The notes: generated by a model not told the origin, from the sequence alone. A stretch of DNA of 64,000 nucleotides from Candidatus Latescibacterota bacterium (GCA_965205485.1 OZ242180.1:2048001-2112000); one strand, 5' to 3'. Shown: positions 49,043-62,540, numbered from the stretch's first letter. Program-made: numbers and translations.

Positions 49043-50317
49043 ATGTCTGAAGTCGACGACGGGCTCCATATCGCGTCCATCGAGGAAGCGCTGAACGACA
49101 TCCGTGCGGGCAAGCTTGTGATCGTCGTGGACGATGAGGATCGGGAAAACGAGGGAGACCTGATCACGGCGGCGGAAAAAGTCACGCCTGAGATCATCAA
49201 CTTCATGGCCCTTCACGGGCGCGGGCTGGTCTGCCTGCCGGCAATGCCGGAACGGTTGCAGGAGTTGGAACTGGAAATGATGGTGGGCAAGAATACCGCG
49301 TTGCATGGAACCCCCTTCACGGTCAGCATCGACGCGGTTGAGGGCACAACAACCGGAATCTCGGCGCAGGATCGTGCGGTTACAATTCAGCGATTTGCGG
49401 ATCCGGACGCCCGCCCCCCCGATTTTGCCAGACCCGGCCACGTCTTTCCTTTATCCGCTCGTCCGGGAGGCGTGTTGCGGCGGGCGGGGCATACGGAGGC
49501 GACAGTGGACCTGGCGCGGCTTGCGGGCCTCTATCCCGCAGGCGTCCTGTGCGAAATCCTGAATCCCGACGGGACGATGGCGCGGCTCCCGCAACTCATG
49601 GAAATGGCCAGGAAGTTCAGTCTGAGGATCATTACGATCCGCGATCTGATCGCGTACCGGCGGCGATCGGAAAAGCTGGTCGAGTGTCTGGAGACGGTCC
49701 GCCTCCCCACCCGGTTCGGGGAGTTCAAGCTTCATCTCTACGACAGCGAAGTCGACAGGCGGGATCACGTGGCGCTGACCAAGGGAGACCTCACGGCCGG
49801 CGATCCGGTGTTGGTGCGAATGCACTCCGAGTGTCTCACGGGCGACGCATTCGGGTCTCTGAGGTGCGACTGCTGCACCAATCTGCATTCGGCGATCGAG
49901 ATGATCGAGCGGGAAGGCCGCGGCGCCGTTGTCTACATGCGGCAGGAGGGCCGCGGCATCGGCTTGCGCGCAAAGATCAACGCCTACCAGCTTCAGGAAG
50001 AAGGCTACGATACGGTAGAGGCGAATCTGAAGCTCGGTTTCAAGATGGACGAGCGGGATTACGGCATCGGCGCGCAGATTCTGTTGGACCTTGGCGTCAG
50101 AAAAGCCCGGCTGATCACCAACAACCCCGCCAAGCGCGTGGGGCTGGAGGCGTACGGAATCGAAATTGTGGAGCGGGTACCCGTCAAGATTGTACCCACG
50201 CCGTGGAATCTCCGGTATCTGCGTACCAAACAAAAGAAGATGGGACACATTTTCGACGATGAAGATCTGAAGCTGGTGGATGGCTCCCCGGAGGAGACGT
50301 ATGGCCAGAGTGATTGA
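49043..50317 (+). CDS. ribBA: bifunctional DHBP synthase / GTP cyclohydrolase II
   Basis: [57 protein letters not shown]. Confidence 0.97.
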   Translation: MSEVDDGLHIASIEEALNDIRAGKLVIVVDDEDRENEGDLITAAEKVTPEIINFMALHGRGLVCLPAMPERLQELELEMMVGKNTALHGTPFTVSIDAVEGTTTGISAQDRAVTIQRFADPDARPPDFARPGHVFPLSARPGGVLRRAGHTEATVDLARLAGLYPAGVLCEILNPDGTMARLPQLMEMARKFSLRIITIRDLIAYRRRSEKLVECLETVRLPTRFGEFKLHLYDSEVDRRDHVALTKGDLTAGDPVLVRMHSECLTGDAFGSLRCDCCTNLHSAIEMIEREGRGAVVYMRQEGRGIGLRAKINAYQLQEEGYDTVEANLKLGFKMDERDYGIGAQILLDLGVRKARLITNNPAKRVGLEAYGIEIVERVPVKIVPTPWNLRYLRTKQKKMGHIFDDEDLKLVDGSPEETYGQSD

Positions 50318-50780
50318 AGGTGGACTGCGCGCGGAAGGAAAACGCTTCGGTATCGTGGTAAGTCGATTCAACAGTCCGGTCAGCAAGCAGTTGCTTGATG
50401 GCGCCGAGGATTGCCTGAAACGACATGGAGGCGAACCGGAAGACGTCGATGTGGCCTGGGTTCCGGGTTCGTTCGAGATTCCACTGGTGGCCGATAAGAT
50501 GGCGCGCAGCGGACGTTACGACGCGGTGATCTGCCTGGGGGCCGTGATTCGCGGAAGTACGCCCCACTTCGACTATGTGGCCAACGAAGTCTCCAAGGGG
50601 ATTGCATCGGTCGGACTTGAGTCGGGCGTGCCGTGCCTGTTTGGCGTATTGACAACCGATACGATCGAACAGGCGTTCGAAAGGGCGGGAACCAAGGCCG
50701 GAAACAAGGGATGGGAGGTCGCCCTTGCCGCGGTCGAGATGGTGAATCTGGTGGCATTCCTGGACGCGGAAGAGGCATGA
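50301..50780 (+). CDS. ribH: 6,7-dimethyl-8-ribityllumazine synthase
   Basis: [43 protein letters not shown] 50301 after GGAGG. Confidence 0.96.
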   Translation: MARVIEGGLRAEGKRFGIVVSRFNSPVSKQLLDGAEDCLKRHGGEPEDVDVAWVPGSFEIPLVADKMARSGRYDAVICLGAVIRGSTPHFDYVANEVSKGIASVGLESGVPCLFGVLTTDTIEQAFERAGTKAGNKGWEVALAAVEMVNLVAFLDAEEA

Positions 50781-51205
50781 CGGGTTCGCGACGAAAAGCC
50801 CGCGAAGTTGCGCTTCAGGCGCTGTATTGGAGCGAGAGTTCGGGAGACCCCGTACAGCAGACGCTCCATGCCATGGCGCTTCGCGCCGGTTTGACGGATG
50901 AAGCCGCGGAATTCGCCCACGCGCTTGGTCGGGAAACCTGGACGCGCAAAGACGAACTGGACGGTCTGGTAGAAGGGATTTCACGGAATTGGGCGCTGGA
51001 ACGGATCTCGAGGATCGACCGGATCCTGCTCCGGATGGCGCTTACGGAAATGCTCGCATTCGACAATATTCCGGTCAAGGTATCGATGAACGAAGCGATC
51101 GAGCTCGCCAGGCGGTACAGCGTGGAGAAGGCGCCGACGTTCATCAACGGAATCCTGGATGCGCTGGTCAGACAGAAGGGAATCCTTGCGGAAGCCGCGG
51201 ATTGA
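50777..51205 (+). CDS. nusB: transcription antitermination factor NusB
   Basis: [46 protein letters not shown] 50777. Confidence 0.95.
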   Translation: MTGSRRKAREVALQALYWSESSGDPVQQTLHAMALRAGLTDEAAEFAHALGRETWTRKDELDGLVEGISRNWALERISRIDRILLRMALTEMLAFDNIPVKVSMNEAIELARRYSVEKAPTFINGILDALVRQKGILAEAAD

Positions 51206-51278
51206 CAATGGGTTGAGAGAGCCGATCCGGGACGGGACACTGCCTCGCCGGCAGATCCGCATTGTCAACGGACTGTTA
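51203..51278 (-). mobile_element. MITE family A, old degenerate copy at the nusB stop
   Basis: gcctcgccggcagatccgcattgtcaacggactgtta resembles one family A end; tgacaatgggttgagagagccgatccggg matches the other end at about 20/29. Confidence 0.55.
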
Positions 51279-51310
51279 AGGTTTCGGCGATAATCGGTGG
51301 ATACGCGCTT

Positions 51311-54300
51311 ATGATGGGTGTGATCAAGAAAGTATTCGGGACCAAATACGATCGGGATCTGAAGAAACTCTGGCCGACGGTCGAAAGAATAAACGGGCTA
51401 TGCGAGTCGTTAGCGTCGCTTTCCGAAGCGGACCTTCGCGGCAAGACGGCCGAATTCAGGCAGAGGTTGCGGGACGCGACAGCCGAATACACGGAACAGC
51501 TCGATGAGATGCGGGAGGCGCTGAAGAGCGAGGAGGAAATGGACCGCTCCTCGCTGCTGGACGAAATCACGGAACTGGAGGGCGAGGTCAGGGAGGTCGA
51601 GGCGGAGGCTCTGGAGGAGATTCTGCCCGAGGCATACGCGGTCTACAAGGAGACTTGCCGCCGGTTCAAAGCGGAAGGGAAGCAGTGGGAGCGCGCCGGT
51701 GAATCCATCGTGTGGGATATGGTTCCCTACGACGTGCAGTTGCTCGGCGGCATCGTCTTACACCAGGGAAAAATCGCCGAGATGGCCACCGGCGAGGGCA
51801 AGACGCTGGTGGCGGGAATGCCGCTCTATCTGAATGGACTGACGGGACGGGGTGTTCACCTTGTCACGGTGAACTCCTATCTCGCAAAGCGGGACGCCAT
51901 GTGGTTGGGCCCCGTCTATCTCTTTCTCGGGATGAGCGTCGGCATCATCCAGGACCGGTCCATGGAGGCGGAGGCATATCTCCTGGAGGAAGACCGGGAG
52001 GGCGTGTACCGTTTGCGGGAGTGCGATCATCAGGAGGCATACAGGGCCGACGTCGTCTATGGCACGAAGGACCAGTTCGGGTTCGATTATCTCTACGACA
52101 ATATGGCGGTCCGTCCGGACGACCTCATGCAGCGCGAACACTATTTTGCGATCATCGACGAAGCAGACAGCATACTGATCGACGAGGCGAGAACGCCCCT
52201 GATCATTTCCGGCGCGGTGGCGGAAGCCGACAATCAGAGGTACGACGAAATGCGGCCGCTGGTGGAGCGGTTGGTCAGGGCGCAAACCCGGGTGGTCACC
52301 GGGACTTTGAACGAAGCGGAGGATCTCCTCGAAGAGGACGAATACGTGGCGGGTATCCGGCTGCTCCAGGTTCAGCGGGGGATGCCCAAGAACCGCCGGT
52401 TCATGAAATTGCTTCAGGAAGAGGGGACCAAACGTCTGATCGGCCGGGTTGAAGCCGATTACCTGCGCGACAAACGAATGGCCGAGATCGACGAAGACCT
52501 CTACTTCAGCGTGGACGAGAAGAGCCATGTTATCGACCTGACCGACAAGGGGAGGGTTGAGATCAGCCGGAGGCCGGACGATTTCGTGCTGCAGGACCTG
52601 GATGAAGTTCTGCACGAAATCGAAGCGGACGATGCGCTGGCGCCGGACGAAAAGGCCAGGGCCCAGGACGACGCGTACCAGGACTACGCCCGCAAGAGCG
52701 AGGCGATTCACAGCGTGCAACAGCTTCTGGTTGCCCATACACTTTATGAGAAGGACGTAAGGTATATCGTGGACGGCGGCCAGGTGATTATCGTCGACGA
52801 ATTCACGGGGCGTCCCCAGCCGGGTCGGCGATTTGCGGACGGCCTGCACCAGGCTCTGGAAGCAAAAGAGCGCGTCAAGGTGGAACGGGACACCCAGACG
52901 ATTGCCACGATTACGCTGCAGAACTACTTCCGATTATATCACAAGCTGGCGGGGATGACGGGAACCGCCGAAACCGAGGCGGCGGAACTGTTTCAGATCT
53001 ACAAGCTGGACGTTGTCGTAATGCCTACGAACGAACCCGTGCGGCGGGTCGATTCGGAGGATCTGATCTTCAGGACCAAGCGGGAGAAGTACAACGCCAT
53101 CGTGGACGAGATAGAACGGTTGAACGACAGGGGTCTGCCGGTTCTCGTGGGTACCATCAGCGTCGAAGTGTCGGAGTTGCTATCCCGAATGCTGAAGCGG
53201 AAGGGAATTAAACACGCGGTGCTCAACGCGCGTCACAACCAGCAGGAAGCCCAGATCGTTGCCAGGGCCGGACAACCGGGCGCCGTGACCATCGCCACCA
53301 ATATGGCGGGTCGTGGTACGGATATCAAGCTGGGGGACGGGGTTGTCAAAGCGCCGCAGGACCATCAATGCGCGCTGATACCCGGCGCCGACGGCGGTCG
53401 CCCCCAGTGCCCGCACCTGGAGGAATACCGTTGCGAGGAAGAGGTGCCTTGCGGATTGCATATCATCGGTACCGAGCGGCACGAGGCAAGGCGGATAGAC
53501 CGGCAGCTTCGCGGACGGGCCGGCCGGCAGGGCGACCCGGGGAATTCCCGGTTTTTCATCTCACTGGAAGACGATCTCATGCGGCTCTTCGGCTCCGAAA
53601 GGATTGCCCGGATCATGGATCGTCTGGGCGCCGAAGAGGGTGAGGTGATCGAACACCGGATGGTTACCCGATCCATCGAACGGGCCCAGAAACGCGTGGA
53701 AGCCCGGAATTTCGAGGTTCGGAAGCATCTGCTTGAATACGACGACGTGATGAACCAGCAGCGGGAAGTCGTATACGACCGGCGGCGCCACGCGCTGGAA
53801 CAGCACAATATCTACGAGCAGATCGAAGAAGAGATGGAGGAGGTGGTGAACGCTTCGTTCCAGAGCCACCTTCCCGAAGAAGGCACCCAGGAGGACTGGA
53901 ACCTGGACGGACTCTACCGCGACCTGCGACAGATCTTCCTCCAGGTTCCGGAAGTGCCCCCCGAGTCGCTGCCCGAACTGAAAGAGGACGGATTCCGGGA
54001 TGAGTTGTTCGATGGAATCCGGTCAGCCTACAGACGCCGGGAAAGCCTGATTGGCGCGGGAAGGATGCGGGACATCGAGCGAATGGTCTATCTGGGGGTG
54101 ACCGACGAGAAGTGGAAGGATCACCTCAGGGAGATGGACGACCTCAAGGAGGGCATCGGCCTGCGGGGATATGGACAAAAGGACCCGCTGATCGAATACA
54201 AGCGCGAAGGATTTCAGATGTTCGTCGACCTGCTCGACGAGATCAACCGCGAAACATTGAAGACCCTTTTTCGCATTCCTGTGGAAGAGGACCTTTCCGG

Positions 54301-54541
54301 CCCGAGAGGCCGGCAGCCTCAGCGGGTCTCGCTCACGCACCAGGATGCCACCGGCATGGGGTTCGCCCCCGGCGTCGAGGCGTCGCCGACGTCGGAACCG
54401 GTCGCAGCCACTTCGGAAGGTGGGCCGCCCCGGCAGCGCCCGATTCGGGTACAGAAGGTGGGCAGAAACGACCCGTGTCCGTGCGGCAGCGGAAAAAAGT
54501 ACAAGAAATGCCATGGTCTTGCGGGCCGGGTGCCGGCGTGA
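51311..54541 (+). CDS. secA: preprotein translocase ATPase SecA (long form)
   Basis: [78 protein letters not shown]. Confidence 0.98.
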   Translation: MMGVIKKVFGTKYDRDLKKLWPTVERINGLCESLASLSEADLRGKTAEFRQRLRDATAEYTEQLDEMREALKSEEEMDRSSLLDEITELEGEVREVEAEALEEILPEAYAVYKETCRRFKAEGKQWERAGESIVWDMVPYDVQLLGGIVLHQGKIAEMATGEGKTLVAGMPLYLNGLTGRGVHLVTVNSYLAKRDAMWLGPVYLFLGMSVGIIQDRSMEAEAYLLEEDREGVYRLRECDHQEAYRADVVYGTKDQFGFDYLYDNMAVRPDDLMQREHYFAIIDEADSILIDEARTPLIISGAVAEADNQRYDEMRPLVERLVRAQTRVVTGTLNEAEDLLEEDEYVAGIRLLQVQRGMPKNRRFMKLLQEEGTKRLIGRVEADYLRDKRMAEIDEDLYFSVDEKSHVIDLTDKGRVEISRRPDDFVLQDLDEVLHEIEADDALAPDEKARAQDDAYQDYARKSEAIHSVQQLLVAHTLYEKDVRYIVDGGQVIIVDEFTGRPQPGRRFADGLHQALEAKERVKVERDTQTIATITLQNYFRLYHKLAGMTGTAETEAAELFQIYKLDVVVMPTNEPVRRVDSEDLIFRTKREKYNAIVDEIERLNDRGLPVLVGTISVEVSELLSRMLKRKGIKHAVLNARHNQQEAQIVARAGQPGAVTIATNMAGRGTDIKLGDGVVKAPQDHQCALIPGADGGRPQCPHLEEYRCEEEVPCGLHIIGTERHEARRIDRQLRGRAGRQGDPGNSRFFISLEDDLMRLFGSERIARIMDRLGAEEGEVIEHRMVTRSIERAQKRVEARNFEVRKHLLEYDDVMNQQREVVYDRRRHALEQHNIYEQIEEEMEEVVNASFQSHLPEEGTQEDWNLDGLYRDLRQIFLQVPEVPPESLPELKEDGFRDELFDGIRSAYRRRESLIGAGRMRDIERMVYLGVTDEKWKDHLREMDDLKEGIGLRGYGQKDPLIEYKREGFQMFVDLLDEINRETLKTLFRIPVEEDLSGPRGRQPQRVSLTHQDATGMGFAPGVEASPTSEPVAATSEGGPPRQRPIRVQKVGRNDPCPCGSGKKYKKCHGLAGRVPA

Positions 54542-54604
54542 ACAACCACGCCGGTCGACTCAACGCGAAACCCGGCCAACGCGACGAAAAGGAGTTCCGG
54601 ATTG

Positions 54605-55081
54605 ATGAAATCCCGAGATGACCTCTTGAGTGAGGCCCGCATGGAGATACCGGAGATGAGCGTGCAGGAGGTGCACGATCATCTGGAATGCGGTGCGAGC
54701 CCGGTCCTTTTGGATGTGCGCGAACAGGAAGAATGGGAATCGGGACATCTTCGGGGAGCGGTTCACGTTCCACGCGGCCGCCTCGAAGCTGAGGCTGAAT
54801 CCCGCATTCCGGACAAGTCCCGGGAAGTGGTGGTGTATTGCGCCGGGGGGGTTCGTTCGCTGCTGGCTGCCGACTCATTGAAGGAATTGGGATATGAGCG
54901 GGTGATTTCGATGGCCGGCGGGTACGAAGACTGGGCGGACGCGGACCTGCCTTCGGAACAGCCGCCGCCTCCGGAGGAATCCGACGACCTGGATCGTCCT
55001 GAGCTGTTGGAAGCCGAAATAGAGCACCTGGAGAGTCGGATCACGCGGAAGAAACAGCAATTGAAGCGTTCGAAACAATAG
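54605..55081 (+). CDS. rhodanese-like domain protein with short C-terminal coiled coil
   Basis: LLDVRE.EEW..GHL.GA.HVP, active-site loop CAGGVRS, MAGGY..W. Confidence 0.88.
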   Translation: MKSRDDLLSEARMEIPEMSVQEVHDHLECGASPVLLDVREQEEWESGHLRGAVHVPRGRLEAEAESRIPDKSREVVVYCAGGVRSLLAADSLKELGYERVISMAGGYEDWADADLPSEQPPPPEESDDLDRPELLEAEIEHLESRITRKKQQLKRSKQ

Positions 55082-55130
55082 CCAATAGTCGCGGACGGAA
55101 CACGGGTCGACGCGGTTTATATAGCCGGAG

Positions 55131-55159
55131 GCGCATTACGATTCGTAATGCGCTTTTTT
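55131..55159 (+). terminator. intrinsic terminator
   Basis: gcgcattacg-att-cgtaatgcgc followed by T6. Confidence 0.85.
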
Positions 55160-55180
55160 GTCGGATGCCGGAATTTATCC

Positions 55181-55209
55181 TTGCGCCTGGAAGCCAAAGC
55201 TTTTATATT
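55181..55209 (+). promoter_or_regulatory. sigma70-type groESL promoter
   Basis: TTGCGC-N17-TATATT directly upstream of CIRCE. Confidence 0.7.
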
Positions 55210-55216
55210 GGTCCCG

Positions 55217-55243
55217 TTAGCACTCGATTACAACGAGTGCTAA
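55217..55243. promoter_or_regulatory. CIRCE operator (HrcA binding site)
   Basis: Exact TTAGCACTC-N9-GAGTGCTAA upstream of groES. Confidence 0.97.
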
Positions 55244-55309
55244 TTGTCAGATAAAATGTTTATTATTTAACGGGTTAACGTAGAATCCATTCTTTCGAAG
55301 GAGGGGCTT

Positions 55310-55600
55310 ATGACGGTGAAGCCTCTGGCCGACCGGGTTCTTCTCCGGCGGATTGAAGCCGACGATCAGGTCCATGGCGGCATCATCATTCCCGATACCG
55401 CTAAAGAAAAACCTCTGGAAGCCGAAGTCATCGCGGTGGGGCCCGGGAAAGTCAACGACAAGACGGGCGATCCCGTACCGGTGTCTGTAAACGCGGGCAA
55501 CCGCGTTCTGATCGGCCAGTATGCAGGTACAGAGGTCGAGGTCGATGGAGACGAACTGGTGATCGCTTCTGAAGACGACATTCTGGGTATTCTCGAATAA
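55310..55600 (+). CDS. groES: co-chaperonin GroES
   Basis: [38 protein letters not shown]. Confidence 0.97.
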   Translation: MTVKPLADRVLLRRIEADDQVHGGIIIPDTAKEKPLEAEVIAVGPGKVNDKTGDPVPVSVNAGNRVLIGQYAGTEVEVDGDELVIASEDDILGILE

Positions 55601-55728
55601 GAGATACTGTACAGTTGGAAGTCGCGATTCAATCCCGTTTCAGGGATGGGCGAAAGCGAACCGGAAACATCGCCCGTGGATCCGGTTCCAACGGGTTTTC
55701 TTTCACTGGGGTTTACAGGAGGACAATT

Positions 55729-57357
55729 ATGCCAGCCAAGCAATTGAGCTACGGGATAGACGCCCGGTCAAAGGTTCTGGACGGCGTGGACATTCTGAGC
55801 AAGGCAGTCAAGGCGACACTGGGACCGCGCGGGCGAAATGTCGTTCTGGGCAAGAAATGGGGTTCGCCCACGGTAACCAAAGACGGGGTAACGGTGGCCA
55901 AAGAGATCGAGCTGCCCGATCCGTACGAGAATATGGGCGCTCAGATGGTGAAGGAGGTCGCCTCCAAGACCTCCGACGTGGCGGGCGACGGCACGACCAC
56001 CGCAACGGTGCTGGCGGAGGCCATCTACCGCGAGGGTCTGAAGAATGTGACCGCCGGCGCCAATCCCATGGATATCAAGCGGGGCATCGATCAGGGTGTG
56101 TCCGCCGTGACCGCGGCTCTGAAGAATCAGTCACAGGAGGTCACGGGCCGCAAGGAGATCGCACAGGTTGCGTCAATCTCGGCCAACAACGACAGCGGGA
56201 TTGGCGATATAATCGCAGATTCCATGGAAAAGGTGGGTAAGGACGGCACCATTACGGTCGAGGAGGCCAAGTCGATCGAGACGACGCTCGACGTTGTGGA
56301 AGGCATGCAGTTCGACCGGGGATATATTTCACCGTACTTCGTGACCGACCAGGACGAAATGGAAGCGAATCTGGAAGATGCCTACCTCCTCATCCACGAG
56401 AAAAAACTGTCCAACATGAAGGATCTGCTCCCCTTGCTGGAGAAAACGGCGCAGACGGGAAAGGCGCTGTTGGTGATCGCCGAAGACGTTGAGGGTGAGG
56501 CGCTGGCGACCTTTGTCGTAAACAAGGTCCGGGGGACCATTAAAGCGGCGGCGGTGAAAGCTCCCGGATACGGAGACCGCCGGAAGGAGATGCTTGAGGA
56601 TATCGCCATTCTCACCGGGGGCAGGGTGATTTCGGAAGATCTGGGCATCAAGCTGGAAAATATCCAGCTCGACGACCTCGGACAGGCCAAGCGGATCGTC
56701 ATCGACAAGGACAATACCACAATCGTGGAAGGCGCCGGCTCTACCGATGACATACAGGGACGCGTCAGCCAGATTCGCATGCAGATCGAGGAAACGACCT
56801 CGGACTACGACAGGGAGAAACTCCAGGAGCGGCTCGCCAAGCTGGCCGGCGGCGTGGCAGTGGTGAACGTCGGCGCCGCAACCGAAACAGAGATGAAGGA
56901 GAAGAAGGCGAGGGTGGAGGACGCCCTGCACGCGACCCGCGCGGCGGTGGAGGAAGGCATCGTCCCTGGCGGCGGCGTGGCCCTCGTGCGGTGTATGGCG
57001 TCGCTGGACACGGTGCGCAGCAGGGTTCGCGGAGATCAGAAGACCGGCGTGGACCTCTTGAACAAGGCACTGGAGGCGCCGCTGAGGAAGATCGCCGACA
57101 ACGCGGGTCACGAAGGCAGCCTGGTCGTTCAGCGGGTGAAAGATGGAGACGGCGCCTTCGGTTTCAACGCGCTTACCGAAACCTACGAAGACCTGATCGA
57201 ATCCGGTGTGGCGGATCCCACGAAGGTCGTGCGTTCCGCAGTTGAAAATGCGGCCAGCATTGCCGGGCTCTTGCTGACAACGGAGACGCTGGTAACGGAA
57301 GTTCCGGAAGAGGAAAAAGAGCCACAGGGTCACGGCCACGGTCACGACCACTATTAG
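55729..57357 (+). CDS. groEL: chaperonin GroEL with His-rich C-terminus
   Basis: [53 protein letters not shown] 55729 after AGGAGG. Confidence 0.98.
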   Translation: MPAKQLSYGIDARSKVLDGVDILSKAVKATLGPRGRNVVLGKKWGSPTVTKDGVTVAKEIELPDPYENMGAQMVKEVASKTSDVAGDGTTTATVLAEAIYREGLKNVTAGANPMDIKRGIDQGVSAVTAALKNQSQEVTGRKEIAQVASISANNDSGIGDIIADSMEKVGKDGTITVEEAKSIETTLDVVEGMQFDRGYISPYFVTDQDEMEANLEDAYLLIHEKKLSNMKDLLPLLEKTAQTGKALLVIAEDVEGEALATFVVNKVRGTIKAAAVKAPGYGDRRKEMLEDIAILTGGRVISEDLGIKLENIQLDDLGQAKRIVIDKDNTTIVEGAGSTDDIQGRVSQIRMQIEETTSDYDREKLQERLAKLAGGVAVVNVGAATETEMKEKKARVEDALHATRAAVEEGIVPGGGVALVRCMASLDTVRSRVRGDQKTGVDLLNKALEAPLRKIADNAGHEGSLVVQRVKDGDGAFGFNALTETYEDLIESGVADPTKVVRSAVENAASIAGLLLTTETLVTEVPEEEKEPQGHGHGHDHY

Positions 57358-57382
57358 TGTCCGAAACATCGGCCGGGAGTAC

Positions 57383-57413
57383 AAAGGTCGGCCTTTACTG
57401 GCCGGCCTTTTTT
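57383..57413 (+). terminator. intrinsic terminator after groEL
   Basis: aaaggtcggcc-tttact-ggccggcc followed by T6. Confidence 0.8.
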
Positions 57414-57544
57414 CGTCTGGTAAATCGTCATCACATTTGCTTATATTAGTGCGTCGTCTTGAAGTTTTCGGACAGGTTCAATGTTGAAACAGGTTGGAGG
57501 CGAAACGACCGTTCGTGTTTCGTCTGCGGCTCGAAGGGAGGTAT

Positions 57545-58585
57545 ATGGACGTTATTCTGGATTCCCCATCCGAGGAGAACGATCAACCCGTCTCCGATGC
57601 CCCGGGCGGGGAGAAGAAGGAAGAAGCAAATGACTCCGAAAGGCGCGTGGTGTCGCGGCGGCCCGCCAGGCGTACCCGGACCGGCAGTAAGAAACCGGCA
57701 GGGACAACTCGAAGCCGGGCTGCATCGGCGGATGAAAAGACGGAGACGCCCGAAGCCGACGCCCCGGAAGATGCAGGTGAGCCAACCGGTAAGACAGCGG
57801 AGGTTCCGGAGAAGCGCGTGGTATCGCGGCGGCCCGCGAAACGGTCACGGGTATCTGCAAAGCCCGGGACGCGCTCGACACGCGCCAAAGCCGGAGACGA
57901 GCAGCAGAATCAGGCCGGGAATGGGGCTGAAAAACCCGCGGATCCGCCAACGACTGCAACAGTAGCGCCCGAGCCGGCGAACGCCGGTGAATCCGCTACG
58001 GAGCCGGTTGCGGAAACCACGGAGGCCGCAAAGGCTTCATCACCCGATACTTCCGCAGGCGCGTCACCGGAAGCAGCGACTGAAAGGACGCAGGGGGCTC
58101 CCGCGAGGGGCACTTCACAGGACCAACGCCGAAATAGACGGCGCCGGCAGCCCCGCCGCCAGAACGACGGCGGGGGTTCGGCCGATAATCGGAATAGGGC
58201 CGACCAGATCCCGCATTCCATTGCGGAAATCCTCTCAGACTCCTGGACCGAAGAAAAAGCCCGTAAATACCTCAGCGAAGGATTCCTTGCGACGCTATCC
58301 ACGCGACTGGTCAGCCGGGGAAAGGTCGAGGAGATAGACGAAGAGGCGCTGAGTGAACGCCTGAAGGTGGTCCGGCGCGTTCTGGCGGACGAGTGTATGG
58401 TGGAGGACGATGCGTCGGATCTCATCCTGCTCGATATGGTTATGAACGCGCTGGCGGACAGGCTTGAAGTCTATCGGTTAACCTCCAGGGGCGCGAGTCC
58501 CGAGAAACTCGTTCAGATTCTCGAACTCCGATACAATGCGGACCGGCGTCTGATCGAGGCTGTGACGGCATTGAAAAATGCCTAG
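57545..58585 (+). CDS. hypothetical protein, long low-complexity N-terminus and helical C-terminal domain
   Basis: ATG 57545 after GGGAGG; Ala/Pro/Glu/Arg-rich first ~220 aa; coding-like composition. Confidence 0.75.
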   Translation: MDVILDSPSEENDQPVSDAPGGEKKEEANDSERRVVSRRPARRTRTGSKKPAGTTRSRAASADEKTETPEADAPEDAGEPTGKTAEVPEKRVVSRRPAKRSRVSAKPGTRSTRAKAGDEQQNQAGNGAEKPADPPTTATVAPEPANAGESATEPVAETTEAAKASSPDTSAGASPEAATERTQGAPARGTSQDQRRNRRRRQPRRQNDGGGSADNRNRADQIPHSIAEILSDSWTEEKARKYLSEGFLATLSTRLVSRGKVEEIDEEALSERLKVVRRVLADECMVEDDASDLILLDMVMNALADRLEVYRLTSRGASPEKLVQILELRYNADRRLIEAVTALKNA

Positions 58586-59283
58586 TCAGTCCGGGATGAC
58601 GTCCAGTCGATGTCGATCTCGTAAGCCAGAGGATCGACGGCGCGATTGGCGCGAAAGGCGTTGATACGTTCCACGCAGGCGTCGCAGCGGCCGCAGGCGG
58701 GGCGTTTGCCCGCATAGCAGGTGTGGGTCTCGGCGTACGGCACCCCAAGGTTCAGGCCCAGCCTCACGATTTCGTCTTTCCACTTTTCCACGAACGGGGT
58801 GTGGATACGGTAGTCGTTGGGCCGTGTGGCGCCCAGGCACAGGGCCTTCTCCAGCATGTCGTAAAACTCGCGGCGGCAGTCCCGGTAGATCTGAAAGTCG
58901 TCCCGTACAGGCGAGAGAAAGAGATCGCTGCAACCCCTCGCCTCCGCCCAGGCGGCTGCCAGCGTGACGAAGAGCATGTTTCGGAAAGGCACAACGGTCA
59001 GCGCCTGGCGGTCCTGTTCCGCCACCGGAACGGGGTGCGCGATGTCCGTGAGCGGATTCCCGCCGATCTGCCGGAGATCGACTTTGAGGCAGCGGTGGGA
59101 GTCAGCGCCCGCCAGCCGGGAGAGGCGTGAGCTGGATTCGAGTTCAACCGCGTGGCGCTGGCCATAGTCGATCGAAACGGTGTGGATCTCTGAAAGTTCA
59201 CGGTCTCGCATCCACCAGAGCAGCGTGGTGGAATCCATCCCTCCGGAGAGCAGGAGTACGGATTTCCGGGGCGGCGCGGTCAT
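58582..59283 (-). CDS. queC: 7-cyano-7-deazaguanine synthase
   Basis: LLSGGMDS, DYGQRH..EL, VPFRN, YRDCR, TCY..CGRCDAC..R zinc motif. Confidence 0.93.
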   Translation of the reverse strand: MTAPPRKSVLLLSGGMDSTTLLWWMRDRELSEIHTVSIDYGQRHAVELESSSRLSRLAGADSHRCLKVDLRQIGGNPLTDIAHPVPVAEQDRQALTVVPFRNMLFVTLAAAWAEARGCSDLFLSPVRDDFQIYRDCRREFYDMLEKALCLGATRPNDYRIHTPFVEKWKDEIVRLGLNLGVPYAETHTCYAGKRPACGRCDACVERINAFRANRAVDPLAYEIDIDWTSSRTD

Positions 59284-59308
59284 ATTCAGGGCGGGACCTT
59301 TCTATACA

Positions 59309-59346
59309 AAAGTCAAGAGGGAGCCGCTAGGCTCCCTCTTGACTTT
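59309..59346 (-). terminator. intrinsic terminator after acs
   Basis: Perfect 17-bp inverted repeat aaagtcaagagggagcc-gcta-ggctccctcttgacttt between acs and queC. Confidence 0.75.
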
Positions 59347-59365
59347 ACGCAATCGAGTCTGAATT

Positions 59366-61366
<2,001 letters not shown>

Positions 61367-61650
61367 TGAAAACCCCTTCTTTCGGAATTCACCTCAATTC
61401 GAAATAAAACAACCGCTGAATTTACCACAAAAAGCACAAAAGTCACGGAAGGTGTCGGTGCGAAACCGGGCATTGAGGTCGTTCGAATGGATGAAATTTC
61501 CCTTCACGTCCAGTGACCTCAAGTATCCGGGACGCTTGACGCCAATTCGCCCTTGTTCTTCAGTATATATTCGATATTCATGTCCCCGGATAATTGCGAA
61601 TCGAGGTTAAACGGTTGAAAAGGTACGTTCGATGCCGGTAAAAGCCGGTC

Positions 61651-61705
61651 TTGCAATTCCTGGATGGAGCGGCTATAATTATACCACATCAAAAGCGGAT
61701 GTCAA
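61651..61705. promoter_or_regulatory. overlapping divergent sigma70 promoters sharing a TATAATTATA palindrome
   Basis: Plus strand TTGCAA (61651)-N17-TATAAT (61674-61679); minus strand TTGACA (61705-61700)-N16-TATAAT (61683-61678). Confidence 0.7.
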
Positions 61706-61758
61706 GCGGAGAAACCGGATCGAAAGCGTGGATACTGGTGCTGATTTTTCGCTTTTCG

Positions 61759-61786
61759 GGAACTTTACTAAGACCAGAGGGTTTAA
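61759..61786 (+). promoter_or_regulatory. putative autoregulatory ECF (sigmaE-like) promoter
   Basis: GGAACTT-N16-TTTAA about 80 bp upstream of the ECF sigma ATG. Confidence 0.55.
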
Positions 61787-61867
61787 TTGGCGTTAGGAGG
61801 TTGTCCGGATTGCGGGTTTCGTATGCCCCATTCCCGAGGATGTAGCAGGTGAAAGGGGGGAAAGACC

Positions 61868-62473
61868 ATGCTCATGGTGAACACGGAAAACGGAGCAGCG
61901 TCGGATGTCGATATTTTGACTGATGTTGCCAACGGCGACATCGAAGCGTATGGAAAGATTGTAAATCGTTACAGAGGAAGGCTTTACAACTTTGTATTTC
62001 GGTTTGTCGGAGACAGGGAAACGGCCGAGGATATCGTTCAGGAGGCTTTTCTCAGGGCGTACAGAAAGCGGAATGAATATCGCGCCATCGCGAATTTTTC
62101 CACCTGGCTGTTTACAATTGCCGGCAACCTGGCGAAAAGTGAGTTAAGACGTCGTAAACGCTGGCGGCTGTTTCCGCTTCACCGGGATGAAGAGAGCGAT
62201 ACGGGGCTGGAATTGCCGGACGAGTCCTACCGGCCCGATAGAATCACGGAATCTGCTATCGCGGATGTACAGATTCATCAGGCGATCATGTCGCTTTCGG
62301 AAAACTACCGGCAGGTCATCCTGCTTCGAGACGTTGAAGGGCTTTCCTACCAGGAAATTGCAGAGATCAGCCGGTGTCCGGTGGGTACGGTCAAGTCTCG
62401 CGTGAACAGGGCCCGCCTGAAACTGCAGCAGAAGCTGAAGAATGAGGGACGAGACGTGGGGCTGGCGATCTGA
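61868..62473 (+). CDS. ECF RNA polymerase sigma factor (RpoE/SigW-like)
   Basis: AEDIVQEAFLRAY, FSTWLFTIA.N, LRDVEGLSYQEIAEI..PVGTVKSRVNRAR. Confidence 0.95.
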   Translation: MLMVNTENGAASDVDILTDVANGDIEAYGKIVNRYRGRLYNFVFRFVGDRETAEDIVQEAFLRAYRKRNEYRAIANFSTWLFTIAGNLAKSELRRRKRWRLFPLHRDEESDTGLELPDESYRPDRITESAIADVQIHQAIMSLSENYRQVILLRDVEGLSYQEIAEISRCPVGTVKSRVNRARLKLQQKLKNEGRDVGLAI

Positions 62474-62540
62474 CAGCGTTACGCCGTCTTGAGGACCACA
62501 CGGGAATTCGCAATTGAAATGGGACCAACGGAGGAGATTC

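Noticed and set aside
58582..59283. queC as part of a 7-deazaguanine DNA modification or QueC-like defence system
   Set aside because: No dpdA, TatD, ATPase or other partner genes nearby; the sequence looks like ordinary QueC.
59284..59365. preQ1 riboswitch upstream of queC
   Set aside because: An AGAGG..CCTCT stem is present but is part of a perfect 17-bp terminator-type hairpin and lacks the A-rich 3' tail of preQ1-I.
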